Assembly: GCA_040079595.1 (NCBI GenBank)
Contig: JBEBKA010000004.1
Location: 875-64,874 of the forward strand
From: Gallionella sp.
GTDB taxonomy: Bacteria > Pseudomonadota > Gammaproteobacteria > Burkholderiales > Gallionellaceae
Reading direction: 5' to 3'
DNA: 64,000 nucleotides
In this document: positions 32,727 to 42,160 of the stretch, piece by piece
How positions within the stretch are numbered: the first letter of the stretch is position 1
How the letters are laid out: each line of letters opens with the position of its first letter
Made by a program: the position numbers and the translations under genes
The notes under the pieces: model-generated
The model's input: only the letters and a program-made list of their open reading frames with translations
What the model was told of the DNA's origin: nothing
The model's database searches: none

Positions 32727-33726
32727 CGGCTATAGCCTTAATGTCCCGAACAAGTTGCTGCATGTCTTGCGGCATCGCCACATGCCATTCCATCACCTCA
32801 TCAGTGATCGGATGAGCCAATGCCAAACGTGTCGCGTGCAACGCTTGACGGGGAAAGCTATTCAGCAGTACGCGCAGTTGTGGCACGCACTTTTGCGCAC
32901 CTTTGATGTAGATGCTGTCACCCACCAAGGGATATTTGAGATGCGACAGATGCACACGAATTTGATGCGTGCGCCCCGTTTCCAAACGGCAGCGCAGTAG
33001 CGTACAACTGGGAAACTTCATTTCCACTTGGTAATGCGTCACCGCAGGTTTGCCATCTTCCACCACCGCCATTTTTACTCGCTGGCTGGGGTGTCTTCCT
33101 ATTGGCAAATCAATCATGCCACCGTGCAGTAGTTCACCATGCACCAAAGCCAAGTATTCGCGCTTCACGCTGCGTTCTTCTAACTGACGCACCAGCGCGG
33201 TTTGTGCGATAAGCGTTTTCGCCACCACCATCAAACCGCTGGTGTCTTTATCCAGCCGATGCACAATGCCAGCGCGCGGCACATCCTCCAACTGCGGCGA
33301 GTAATGCAGCAAAGCGTTGAGCAGCGTGCCTTCCCAGTTGCCGCTGCCAGGATGTACCACCAAGCCGACAGGTTTGTTAATCACCATCAACGCATCGTCT
33401 TCATACACAATATCCAGTGCGATGTCTTCGGCCAAATATGGTTGTTCAGATAAGTGCAATTGCGGCAGTACCTCCAATGTCTCACCACCCCAAATTTTTT
33501 GTTTCGCAATGGGAAATCCGCCGTCCAGCTTAATTTGATGCTGTGTAATCCACTCTTGCAAACGACTGCGCGAGTATTCTGGCAATAATTTTGCAAGGGT
33601 TTGATCGAGCCGCAAGCCAGCATATTCAATGGGTATAATGAAATTTAAGGTATCGTCTGCGCCAGTCTCTACCTCGTCAATCACTTCATGGGCGTTGAAT
33701 GGCTTGGCTTTGCTATAATTAGGCAT
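32713..33726 (-). CDS. rluD: 23S rRNA pseudouridine synthase RluD
   Basis: S4 domain, HRLDKDTSG, TGRTHQIRVH; divergent from bamD. Confidence 0.95.
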   Translation of the reverse strand: MPNYSKAKPFNAHEVIDEVETGADDTLNFIIPIEYAGLRLDQTLAKLLPEYSRSRLQEWITQHQIKLDGGFPIAKQKIWGGETLEVLPQLHLSEQPYLAEDIALDIVYEDDALMVINKPVGLVVHPGSGNWEGTLLNALLHYSPQLEDVPRAGIVHRLDKDTSGLMVVAKTLIAQTALVRQLEERSVKREYLALVHGELLHGGMIDLPIGRHPSQRVKMAVVEDGKPAVTHYQVEMKFPSCTLLRCRLETGRTHQIRVHLSHLKYPLVGDSIYIKGAQKCVPQLRVLLNSFPRQALHATRLALAHPITDEVMEWHVAMPQDMQQLVRDIKAIADELA

Positions 33727-33745
33727 ATTTTTTTCGGATTGAGTC

Positions 33746-34534
33746 ATGCGCCATAGTTTAGCCTTATTCCTGCTGTTAACGTTAGTCGGATGCAGTACAG
33801 GTGGATCAAAATCTGCCAGTAAAACTCCCGACGGCAAAGTTGTCGCGGAAGCAAAAGTTTCCGCAGATGACATGTACAAAGAGGCGAAAAAAAGCCTCGA
33901 TGATGGCATGTATGAAGAGGCCACCAAGGCTTTTGAATCCTTGCAATCGCTCTATCCTTACGGGCGTTACGCGCAGCAAGCTCAGCTCGAAATCGCTTAC
34001 GCTTACTACAAAAAAAATGAAGTGGAAGCAGCTCTTTCTGCTGCTGAACGCTTCATCAAACAATATCCCAACAACGCGCATGTTGATTACGCCTACTATT
34101 TAAAGGGCTTGGCACACTTTAATGGCGACAACGACATGTTCAGCTCCGTCAGCGGCGAAGACCCCACCGAGCGCGATCCCAAAGCAGCCCAAGATTCTTT
34201 TGTGGCATTCAAAGATTTAGTCACGCGCTTTCCCAATAGTAAATACGCGCCTGATTCAATTTTGCGGATGCAATACTTGGTGAACGCGCTAGCCAAATAC
34301 GAGATACATGTAGCACGTTACTATCTGCGCCGAGGTGCACACATCGCGGCGGTGAACCGCGCTAAAGAAGTGCTTTCACTGTATCCCAACACGATATCTA
34401 CACGTGACGCGCTGATCATCATGGTGCAGGGTTACGAGGCGATGGGCTTAACCAAGTTGCGTGATGATGCTCAGCGCGTAATAGATAAAAATTTCCCTCT
34501 TATTGCGATCAAACCAAAAATCCAACGTCCGTGA
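33746..34534 (+). CDS. bamD: Outer membrane assembly lipoprotein BamD
   Basis: Lipobox LVGC, TPR helices, FPNSKYA, VARYYLRRGA. Confidence 0.95.
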   Translation: MRHSLALFLLLTLVGCSTGGSKSASKTPDGKVVAEAKVSADDMYKEAKKSLDDGMYEEATKAFESLQSLYPYGRYAQQAQLEIAYAYYKKNEVEAALSAAERFIKQYPNNAHVDYAYYLKGLAHFNGDNDMFSSVSGEDPTERDPKAAQDSFVAFKDLVTRFPNSKYAPDSILRMQYLVNALAKYEIHVARYYLRRGAHIAAVNRAKEVLSLYPNTISTRDALIIMVQGYEAMGLTKLRDDAQRVIDKNFPLIAIKPKIQRP

Positions 34535-35094
34535 ATCCGCTTCCCACCATGAATTTTTGCAGCTTGTGCGGCGCAGCCGTCACGCAAAAAATTCCGCCTG
34601 ATGACAATCGCACGCGCCATGTTTGCACCGCATGCGGCGAAATTCATTACCAAAATCCCAAGCTAATTGTTGGCTCGATACCTGTTTGGGAAGATAAAAT
34701 TTTGCTGTGCCGCCGCGCCATCGAACCGCGCTATGGCTTATGGACACTGCCCGCTGGCTTTATGGAAAACAGCGAAACCACCCCAGAGGCGGCAGCCCGT
34801 GAAACGTTAGAAGAAGCCAACGCCCAAGTCGAAATCGGTGAACTATATTCGATATACAACTTGCCTTATATCAATCAAGTGCATCTGCTGTTCCGTGCAA
34901 AATTACTTAATCTGGATTTCTCGCCTGGCGTGGAAAGCCTTGAGGTGCAACTGTTTAGTGAAGCGGAAATACCTTGGGACAGCATCGCGTTTCGCCCTGT
35001 CACATTCAGCTTGCAGCATTTTTTTTCTGATCGCAAAATTGGCGCATTCAAATTTCATATGGGTGATCTCGCCCCCCCCAATCAGCCGCGCTAA
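34531..35094 (+). CDS. Nudix hydrolase with zinc ribbon
   Basis: FCSLCG...CTACG, HYQNPK, GFMENSETTPEAAARETLEE. Confidence 0.9.
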   Translation: MNPLPTMNFCSLCGAAVTQKIPPDDNRTRHVCTACGEIHYQNPKLIVGSIPVWEDKILLCRRAIEPRYGLWTLPAGFMENSETTPEAAARETLEEANAQVEIGELYSIYNLPYINQVHLLFRAKLLNLDFSPGVESLEVQLFSEAEIPWDSIAFRPVTFSLQHFFSDRKIGAFKFHMGDLAPPNQPR

Positions 35095-35150
35095 TTTTTT
35101 TCGCACATGTTTCGCCTATAATCAAATCAAACCGCCCACCATCAATACCC

Positions 35151-35978
35151 ATGAAACCTCGCTGCACTTTAATACTGATTGCCACCTTATTTATCGCAGG
35201 CTGCGCTGGTGCGCACAACCCCGTTGACCCCCTTGAGCCGCTCAATCGTAACATTTACAAATTCAACGACACGCTCGATAAGGCCGTGGTCAAACCCGTC
35301 GCCAAAGGCTACAGCGCGGTCATGCCCTCCCTCGGCAAAATGATGGTGTCCAATTTCTTTTCCAATTTAGATGATGTCTCCGTCACCATCAATGACGTAC
35401 TACAACTCAAATTTGAACAAGCCGCCTCGGACGGTATGCGTTTCATCGTAAATTCCACTATCGGTGTATTCGGCTTGATTGATGTCGCCTCGATGGGACC
35501 GCTCAAAAAACACAACGAAGATTTTGGTCAAACCCTCGGCAAATGGGGCGTGGGCAGCGGGGCTTACCTGATGCTGCCTATACTAGGTCCCAGCTCGGTG
35601 CGGGACGGCATTGGTCGTTATGCCGATAGTATCCCCAGCCCGACCAGCCAAATTAGCGATGTCCCGGTTCGCAATCAAGTCTATATCGCACAGGGCATTA
35701 ACCGTCGTGCGGAATTGCTTGATCAGGAAAAAGTATTAAATGGGGCGATGTTAGACCCGTATGAATTTATCCGAGATGCTTACCTGCAACGTCGCGTCAA
35801 TCTGGTATATGACGGCAACCCGCCACGGACAAAATATGATGATGAAGAGCTGGATAGCGATATAGCTCCCATTGCAATCAATGCAGCGTCCAGCCCCGTC
35901 TCGGCAGAGCTCGATTCTACCCCCGCTGAACCCACGACTGTTGAGCCGAACTCCGCCGCAACCCTTCGTGCTAAGTAA
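35151..35978 (+). CDS. mlaA: MlaA/VacJ lipoprotein
   Basis: Lipobox IAGC, DPLEPLNR, EDFGQTLG, GPSSVRD, DPYEFIRDAY. Confidence 0.93.
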   Translation: MKPRCTLILIATLFIAGCAGAHNPVDPLEPLNRNIYKFNDTLDKAVVKPVAKGYSAVMPSLGKMMVSNFFSNLDDVSVTINDVLQLKFEQAASDGMRFIVNSTIGVFGLIDVASMGPLKKHNEDFGQTLGKWGVGSGAYLMLPILGPSSVRDGIGRYADSIPSPTSQISDVPVRNQVYIAQGINRRAELLDQEKVLNGAMLDPYEFIRDAYLQRRVNLVYDGNPPRTKYDDEELDSDIAPIAINAASSPVSAELDSTPAEPTTVEPNSAATLRAK

Positions 35979-35997
35979 AATTCAGCCCCTGAAAAAC

Positions 35998-36029
35998 AAA
36001 ATCTCCACCGTCATTGGCGGGGATTTTTA
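35998..36029. terminator. Probable bidirectional terminator after mlaA
   Basis: AAAATCTCC...GGGGATTTTT imperfect hairpin between convergent genes. Confidence 0.45.
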
Positions 36030-36170
36030 CGTCAACTCGAAAATTACGCAACCATAAAGTCCGTAGCCGTCACAACTGACACGCACCACAGTCGCAGATA
36101 CCACAGAAGCTGCGCTCAATTCGCATCTTGGCGTAAATTTCAGCTATGAACTCTAAGGCATCCACTCAAC

Positions 36171-37025
36171 TCAAGGCTTCAAACGATACAGCCGCTTAGG
36201 CAAAGTCAGTCCTTTGATTTTGTCAAACCGATCACCCATCGCCGCATCCAGTTTTTGTAACCGTGTGTCGGGGTGCGGGTGAGTTTTGAATAACAAGGCC
36301 ACGTTGCTGTCATCGGCAGCGTAATGCCCGATTTGCTGCAACACGCCGGGCAGTCCAAAAGCATCGTAACCCGCGCGGGCTGTGAGTACCACGGCAATGC
36401 GATCGGCCTCAAACTCGGCATCCTGATCGAGTGAACGCGCAGTGATTTCCGCGCCACTGCCAATCAACTTTTGCACCTTGTCGCTATTGCTGACTTTTTT
36501 GGCGATTGCCTGACCACCCAAATCCAACAGGCGACTCTTCTGCAAAATTTTCAGGTGATGCTTGCTGATGACATGACCGACTTCATGCGCCAACACACCA
36601 GCCAACTCCGCCTCGTTTTGCAACAACGCATACAAGCCGCGAGTTACAAAAATATAACCGCCTGGTGCGGCGAAAGCATTCACATCGGTTGATTCAATTA
36701 CGCCGAAGTGCCACGGAAGATCGGGACGCTCGCTTTGATTCGCCACCCATCGACCCACGCGATTCACATATTGCTGCAAACCTGCATCATTCACCAATGG
36801 CGCAGCCCCCAGCAGATTGCCCGCGATTTGACGACCGATGGCGACTTCATCGTCTTGCGAAGTTTTGCCTAATGCATCCACAACATTGCTCACGCGCTCT
36901 TTGACCTGTTCTGGCAATTGCTCTTTGAGTTTGTCGCGTAATTGCTGACCGAAGTCCAAAGCGAATGAAGTGGTGAATACACTGCACATAAACAATGTGG
37001 ACAAGCCCCGAAATAATGTTCTCAT
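36171..37025 (-). CDS. M48 family metallopeptidase (BepA/Oma1-like)
   Basis: NAFAAPGG, LAHEVGH (HExxH), EFEAD, THP; signal peptide. Confidence 0.9.
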   Translation of the reverse strand: MRTLFRGLSTLFMCSVFTTSFALDFGQQLRDKLKEQLPEQVKERVSNVVDALGKTSQDDEVAIGRQIAGNLLGAAPLVNDAGLQQYVNRVGRWVANQSERPDLPWHFGVIESTDVNAFAAPGGYIFVTRGLYALLQNEAELAGVLAHEVGHVISKHHLKILQKSRLLDLGGQAIAKKVSNSDKVQKLIGSGAEITARSLDQDAEFEADRIAVVLTARAGYDAFGLPGVLQQIGHYAADDSNVALLFKTHPHPDTRLQKLDAAMGDRFDKIKGLTLPKRLYRLKP

Positions 37026-37546
37026 TTCGCACCCTCCTGCAAATAATCCATTGTTCGAGTTTTGAGCTTGCCTTGTGCGGCGAATTGCCGTGCTTGCGCT
37101 TGGCTGACAGTGTATGACTCTGCGAGCGTGAGTTGTTCCGCATTGAATTGAGCAGACTTTAATTCCTCTTCACTCAAACCGCGTATGCCGGTTGTTGCCA
37201 CCACCTTGCCTGTCCCTGCCCGTCCAGAAGCCAGTGCCAACAAGCCGCCCGCGTTATTGGCTGCCTTCCCCGAACCCGTTTTGCGTATGCTCAACATGCG
37301 TACCCAGCCATTACCTTTTTGGCTTTTCACTTTCAACCAGCCACCGTCTTTGGTGAGGATTTCCACCTTGTCACCACTCGCCAGCGAACCCACCTTTTTC
37401 GCGTCACGAAAGGGTTCAGTTTTGATGTCATCCGCCTTCAATGCACTGCCGCTTTCTGTTGTTACAGTGGCAACCTTGGCCTTGGCGGCGATTGCTGGGG
37501 TAACAAACAGCCCCAGCAACAATAATCCTATTCCAATGTTTCTCAT
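37022..37546 (-). CDS. Secreted SH3-domain protein
   Basis: Signal peptide, GDKVEIL...GWLKV...GWV SH3b pattern; ATGA-coupled to M48. Confidence 0.8.
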   Translation of the reverse strand: MRNIGIGLLLLGLFVTPAIAAKAKVATVTTESGSALKADDIKTEPFRDAKKVGSLASGDKVEILTKDGGWLKVKSQKGNGWVRMLSIRKTGSGKAANNAGGLLALASGRAGTGKVVATTGIRGLSEEELKSAQFNAEQLTLAESYTVSQAQARQFAAQGKLKTRTMDYLQEGAK

Positions 37547-37560
37547 TTCGGCGTTTCCTC

Positions 37561-37632
37561 TTGTTTTGATTGTTGCCATGCTATCAAGGCCTCAGCGAAC
37601 ATCACCCGCCAACTTACCTTCGCCTTTTTACC
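37561..37632. repeat. Direct repeat, left copy (relic of the original CHASE2 3' end)
   Basis: 66/72 identical to 42175-42246; first 30 nt identical. Confidence 0.92.
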
Positions 37633-37768
37633 TCAGGGGCGCGTACCAAAAATATATCTCATGCCGTTATCTTCCATGCTGAGTGCGTTGCACCGCAAGG
37701 GTACTCCGATTTGCTAAGTGCTAAAGCACTTGCAAAGTCGTATGCGTCGTTCGCAGCACACTTTGCAC

Positions 37769-37797
37769 TTGCCGTGGTGAAATTATTTCCATAGAAT
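37769..37797 (+). promoter_or_regulatory. Sigma70 promoter of TA operon, probably leaderless
   Basis: TTGCCG-N17-TAGAAT, then 6 nt, then ATG 37804; no Shine-Dalgarno. Confidence 0.6.
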
Positions 37798-37803
37798 CCA
37801 CCC

Positions 37804-38040
37804 ATGACAAAAATGCACGCACAGAATGATTGGCGTATTCGTATCAATGGTGGTGAGTCGCATCCACTGCCCCATGTGCATGTCGAATTTCGTGACGGGA
37901 TGCGGGTATCGGTGGCGATTGAGTCGTTGGCTGTGTTAACGGGTGTGGTGCGCCCGCTCAAGCGGTTGAATGATCCGTTGGCTTGGGTGTCTAGCCACAA
38001 AGAAGAGTTGATTGAAGAATACTGGAGGCTAAACAGATGA
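37804..38040 (+). CDS. DUF4160-family protein, predicted type II toxin
   Basis: HPLPHVHV motif, C-terminal EELIEEYW; ATGA-coupled to DUF2442 gene. Confidence 0.8.
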   Translation: MTKMHAQNDWRIRINGGESHPLPHVHVEFRDGMRVSVAIESLAVLTGVVRPLKRLNDPLAWVSSHKEELIEEYWRLNR

Positions 38041-38477
38041 AAAATCCCCCTGCTATTTTGGCAGTGCGCGTGGTTGATACGCTGACCTTGGAATTGGACT
38101 GGAGTACCAAGGAAACTTTGCGCCTTAACCTTGCGCCGCTGGTGCGTAAGCTCGCTGCCTTCGCGCCGCTTAAAACTCCCGCCGTATTCGCCAAGGTGCG
38201 CGTGGATGATTGGGGACACGCTTTGGAGTGGCCGAAAGGATTGGATATGGGGGCGGACAGGTTGTATGAGTTGAGCCGAGAGCAAGCGGGTTTGCCCACT
38301 GCCAGACAGTTTAACGCGTGGATGGCGCAACACAATCTTTCGTTGACCGATGCGGCGAATGTGCTGGGCATGACGCGCCGCATGATGACCTATTACCGCA
38401 CGGGCAGCCGTCCTATTCCCAAGGTGGTGATGTTGGCGTGCAAGGGCTGGGTTGCCGAGAGTACACGTCGCCACTAG
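38037..38477 (+). CDS. DUF2442 + HTH protein, predicted antitoxin
   Basis: LELDWST...LEWPKGLDMGADRLY, then HTH LSLTDAANVLGMTRRMMTYY. Confidence 0.8.
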   Translation: MKNPPAILAVRVVDTLTLELDWSTKETLRLNLAPLVRKLAAFAPLKTPAVFAKVRVDDWGHALEWPKGLDMGADRLYELSREQAGLPTARQFNAWMAQHNLSLTDAANVLGMTRRMMTYYRTGSRPIPKVVMLACKGWVAESTRRH

Positions 38478-40637
38478 ATTAGTGCCGTCCCCACCGTGCA
38501 GCGTGTCGTCTCTTCCATTGCCCGAAATGGTGTCATTGTTTTGATCTCGGATGTCGTTTGACTTTAACGCCCGCAACAACGCGCTCATGCCCGCCAAATC
38601 AGTGCCAAGTTGATTGCCATATTGCGCCACCCATTTTGTCAGCTCACTCGGAGGGGGCGTGGTATCTGCCTTGACGATTTGACCTTGACCCGCCGCGCTC
38701 GCATCCGCCAATACCACCAGTCCCTGCAAGTCTTGATTTAATTGCTCACCGCCCGCAGAAAAGTTTGCCAAGGTGATTACGCTGGCAGCCATGCTCGCAT
38801 CAATCCCGTCTTGAAACTCCGCCGCCACGCCGTTTACAAAGGCAATACCGATCACCTTGGTGCTGCCCGCATCGGCTTTGTTACTACCCGTGTACTCAAC
38901 CTTCCACACCACCACTCTGCCGTCCGATAGGGTGGTGGTCATGGTGTTATTGGGGTTGAGTGTGGCGGTGAAAGACGGCGGCGCGCCGTTGACGCTGAGG
39001 GTGTATTGGTTGGTGACGGTATCAAATTCGGTTTTGACAAAGTCATTGTTCATGACATCGGTGACCGAGTCGATATGTCCCAGCACATCATGCGAAATCA
39101 CACTGCTATTGCCATTGGGGGCGTAGATCACTTTGATGGCACTTTGGTCAGCCCCCGAATAATTTGATTCGGCAACGCGACCGTTTATGTAAGTATTTGA
39201 ACCGCTGCTGCCCTCAATCGTGTTACTCCACACATCCACCACAGACGAACTATTGGCATCAAGAATCTGGGTGGTGATAAAGCCCTGCCCGTCATCCCTC
39301 ACCACCATCGTGCCATCCACACCCGATTTGGACGTGATGCGCTCCCCAGTCTGGGCGTTATAAACCGATGCCGTAAACGTCCCGTCCAGATTATCCCTCA
39401 AGCGGCTATAACTTCCGTCCGCATTCTCATATTGGGACATCGTCACCACCCCCGTGGTGAGTGACGTTGTAATATGCTCGTAATCGCCGTTAGCCAGCTG
39501 ATAGGTCGTCCGATCATAACCAGCCGCCTTGTTACGTTCGGTCACCACACTGGTCAGGTCGGTGTTATATACCACCTTGGTATAACTGCCGCTGCCAAAG
39601 CTGGTCATCACCTCTGCCACCGTGCCATCCGAGCGGAAAGTCGTAAAATTCGTATGGGTCAATATGCCAGAAACAGGGTCTTTCCATTGGGTGGTTTCCG
39701 TCCAACCGCCCTTGCCCGTTTGGTCGGGCATTTTCCAAACATCGTGATCGGCGTATTTAAGGTAAGTCACCTCGTTCTCGTAAATGCGACCAGTGTAGTT
39801 GGGGCCGTTGAGTTCCAAATAAGTGGAGCCTAGATCGATGTAAGCAGACAATCCGCCAATGAGATTGGGCGAGGCAATGCCTTTGGTGATGCTGACCCCA
39901 GGTATCAACACTTCACCATTAGCGTTGCTGCCAAGTGCGCCACACAAATACTGAATCGTGGAGGAGGGCACGCTGCAAATAGTACTGGTCGGAAATGCGC
40001 CTATGGTTTTACCATTTGCATCATAAACTTGCTTTCCCCAGTTGGTGATAGCCATGATTGAGCCAGGATTTTGGCTTAATAAATCCTGAATGCTTTGGGT
40101 GTAATTTGAAGAGCCACCAACATAATACTCAAACTGCACATCACCCAGCGCAAACACCCCAAACGCTACCAAGCCCGCAAGACCCTTAGCCGTCAGAGCG
40201 AGAAATGGGGCGGCGGCGGCAGGCTGATTGTAGGCAAGATAATTGATAGCAATCAGTAAGTTGCCAGGGAAGTATTCACCAATCCCCTTCTTAGCCCATA
40301 CGTCGTATGCGCCCACAAGCATCGCTTGGTCATCGGGTACTTTGAAGTTTCCATTCCCGTCAGAAACAATTGAATCCATATCTGCTTTTGCAACTTCTCG
40401 AGAGGCCTGCTGAACGCCACCCGGCCAGTACTTCGACAACAACACGTTGTACGCCTCATTACCCGCCCAAGCCCCGCCACCAAACGGGCCGGAAGCAGAC
40501 GAAATTTGCGACATAAACAACGCCGTCGTGCTGCCCGTATATTCATAAAGTGCCACGTAAAATGCCACACGGTTATCGGTGTCGATCAAGTTTTGCAGAT
40601 TGGCACGTTGTTGGGCGGTAATGATGGGATTGAGCAT
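38478..40637 (-). pseudogene. RTX/T1SS-type secreted protein truncated at its first Ca-binding repeat (~720 codons)
   Basis: N-terminal globular domain, hydrophobic helix, T/D/G-rich beta repeats, ends NDTISGNGRDDTLHGGDG at the TA junction; no C-terminal secretion signal. Confidence 0.6.
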
Positions 40638-40660
40638 GATGACCTCTTGTGATTGTACGT

Positions 40661-41422
40661 TTACGGGGTAACAACAAAGGATTGAATCAGAGTTTGTGTT
40701 TTAGCGTGTATATCCGCCCACTGGGGAAGCAAAATTCTTTTATAACTTATGGTCAACGGCAAGCCCCATAAGGTAGAAGTGAATGCAGAACAGCCATATT
40801 TTTGCTCGGTTGCCAAATCAATGTTGTCTTCATACCCACAGTGAATAAAAGTTCGAGGATTGGGTTCTAACGGCAGCAAATACTGAAAACCATGCCAAGG
40901 CTCTTCTAAGTACTGATCCAGTCCGTGCAGTAAATTCGGTACGTGAGATGGCTTGGGCGTACCAAGTGAATAGTTTTTTAGGCTTTCCTTAGCATCGTAT
41001 GCAGTCACGTCCCCCGTAATGGCAATTTCAATTTTGTGTGTGTCCCATCGCTGCCACAGCGGCACACTGTACCAAGGCTGCATACTGGGGTAGGCTACCT
41101 CCAAACCTTGCCTTTCGCCTGCCACATGACGGGAATAATCAAACCGCCCCCCGCCCACAAAATAATCTCGTGGGATTCGGAGTGTCAGGGTTTCGAGACA
41201 CTGATGCTGTGGCGTGCCAAAGTGGATGCTTTTTCCGCAATAACTCAACTCCACTGGGGCAAGTGGCGGTGCGCCTTTCCACAATGCGTATCCACACCAA
41301 CCCAACACCAGCAGCGTGATTAAAAGCATGAACACAATGACAGGGGATAACTTCGCAGCCTTGGGTGCGGACTTGAACTGTTGGTCAGTTAAAGCGGGCT
41401 GATTCGCATCCTGTTTTTTCAT
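40661..41422 (-). CDS. Membrane-anchored periplasmic protein, candidate immunity protein
   Basis: Single N-terminal TM, Cys pairs, TLRIPRDY; 23 bp upstream of the RTX-like gene. Confidence 0.55.
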   Translation of the reverse strand: MKKQDANQPALTDQQFKSAPKAAKLSPVIVFMLLITLLVLGWCGYALWKGAPPLAPVELSYCGKSIHFGTPQHQCLETLTLRIPRDYFVGGGRFDYSRHVAGERQGLEVAYPSMQPWYSVPLWQRWDTHKIEIAITGDVTAYDAKESLKNYSLGTPKPSHVPNLLHGLDQYLEEPWHGFQYLLPLEPNPRTFIHCGYEDNIDLATEQKYGCSAFTSTLWGLPLTISYKRILLPQWADIHAKTQTLIQSFVVTP

Positions 41423-41554
41423 GCTCGTGTTATCCCTTGTTGGGTGTGCTGCTTCGCTTCATTGCTCAATATGAAAAGGTCAGTCAGTTTTCTCATTTCA
41501 CACTTCCTGATTCAACACCCCGCCCAACGCTAAAGTGCTTTGCAATTTGTCGCG

Positions 41555-42160
41555 TTAATAAAAGAACCGCATTCCAATATCCACCGTATTGACCGCAGGA
41601 GCTGAACCACTCTGATTGGACGCAATCCCCGCCATCAATTGAAACTGCGGCATCACCTTAAACCCAAGTTGGAACTTCACGCCTGTCATGGAGGTGGTGG
41701 AGCTGGATGAGCCTACCGTAGAGCTTGCATAACTCACACTGAGTCCGCCTTCAAATTGTGGTGTAAATTCGCTGCGGATGCCTATCCCCAAAATACGGCT
41801 GTCCCCGGTGAGCGATGTACCCGCCGCAGAGGAGGTGATTTTGCGGTAGCGACCCGTGACAATGAAATCGGTGTTGGTTTTAATCGGGGTGTGGTATCCC
41901 GCACCGAGTATCCATCCTTTGGCCGACACATCCCCAAACGATGTGCCTGTGACCTGCTTGCCTGTTTGGTATTCCCCTTCGAGAAACACATTGCTGCTGA
42001 TGCCTTTGGTGAGATTGAAATTGGTCATGTTCAAATCACGCTTGCCACTTTGGCTCATCCTTTCATAGCTGAGTTGGGCGGCATCGTAACTCAGCTCTGC
42101 CAAAGCAATGGCGGGAGTGAGTAAGGTAGCAAGTGCAATTACGGTAGTTAATTTTTTCAT
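41555..42160 (-). CDS. Outer membrane beta-barrel protein
   Basis: Signal peptide MKKLTTVIALATLLTPAIALA, alternating beta strands, C-terminal GMRFFY. Confidence 0.8.
   Translation of the reverse strand: MKKLTTVIALATLLTPAIALAELSYDAAQLSYERMSQSGKRDLNMTNFNLTKGISSNVFLEGEYQTGKQVTGTSFGDVSAKGWILGAGYHTPIKTNTDFIVTGRYRKITSSAAGTSLTGDSRILGIGIRSEFTPQFEGGLSVSYASSTVGSSSSTTSMTGVKFQLGFKVMPQFQLMAGIASNQSGSAPAVNTVDIGMRFFY

Noticed and set aside
36070-36165. 31-aa Cys-rich ORF (CGICDCGAC) after the M48 gene
   Set aside because: Very short, GTG start without RBS, no recognisable family
37659-40637. The 992-aa ORF as one genuine protein
   Set aside because: The last ~270 codons are the antisense of two well-formed TA genes and lose the RTX-like composition at 38478
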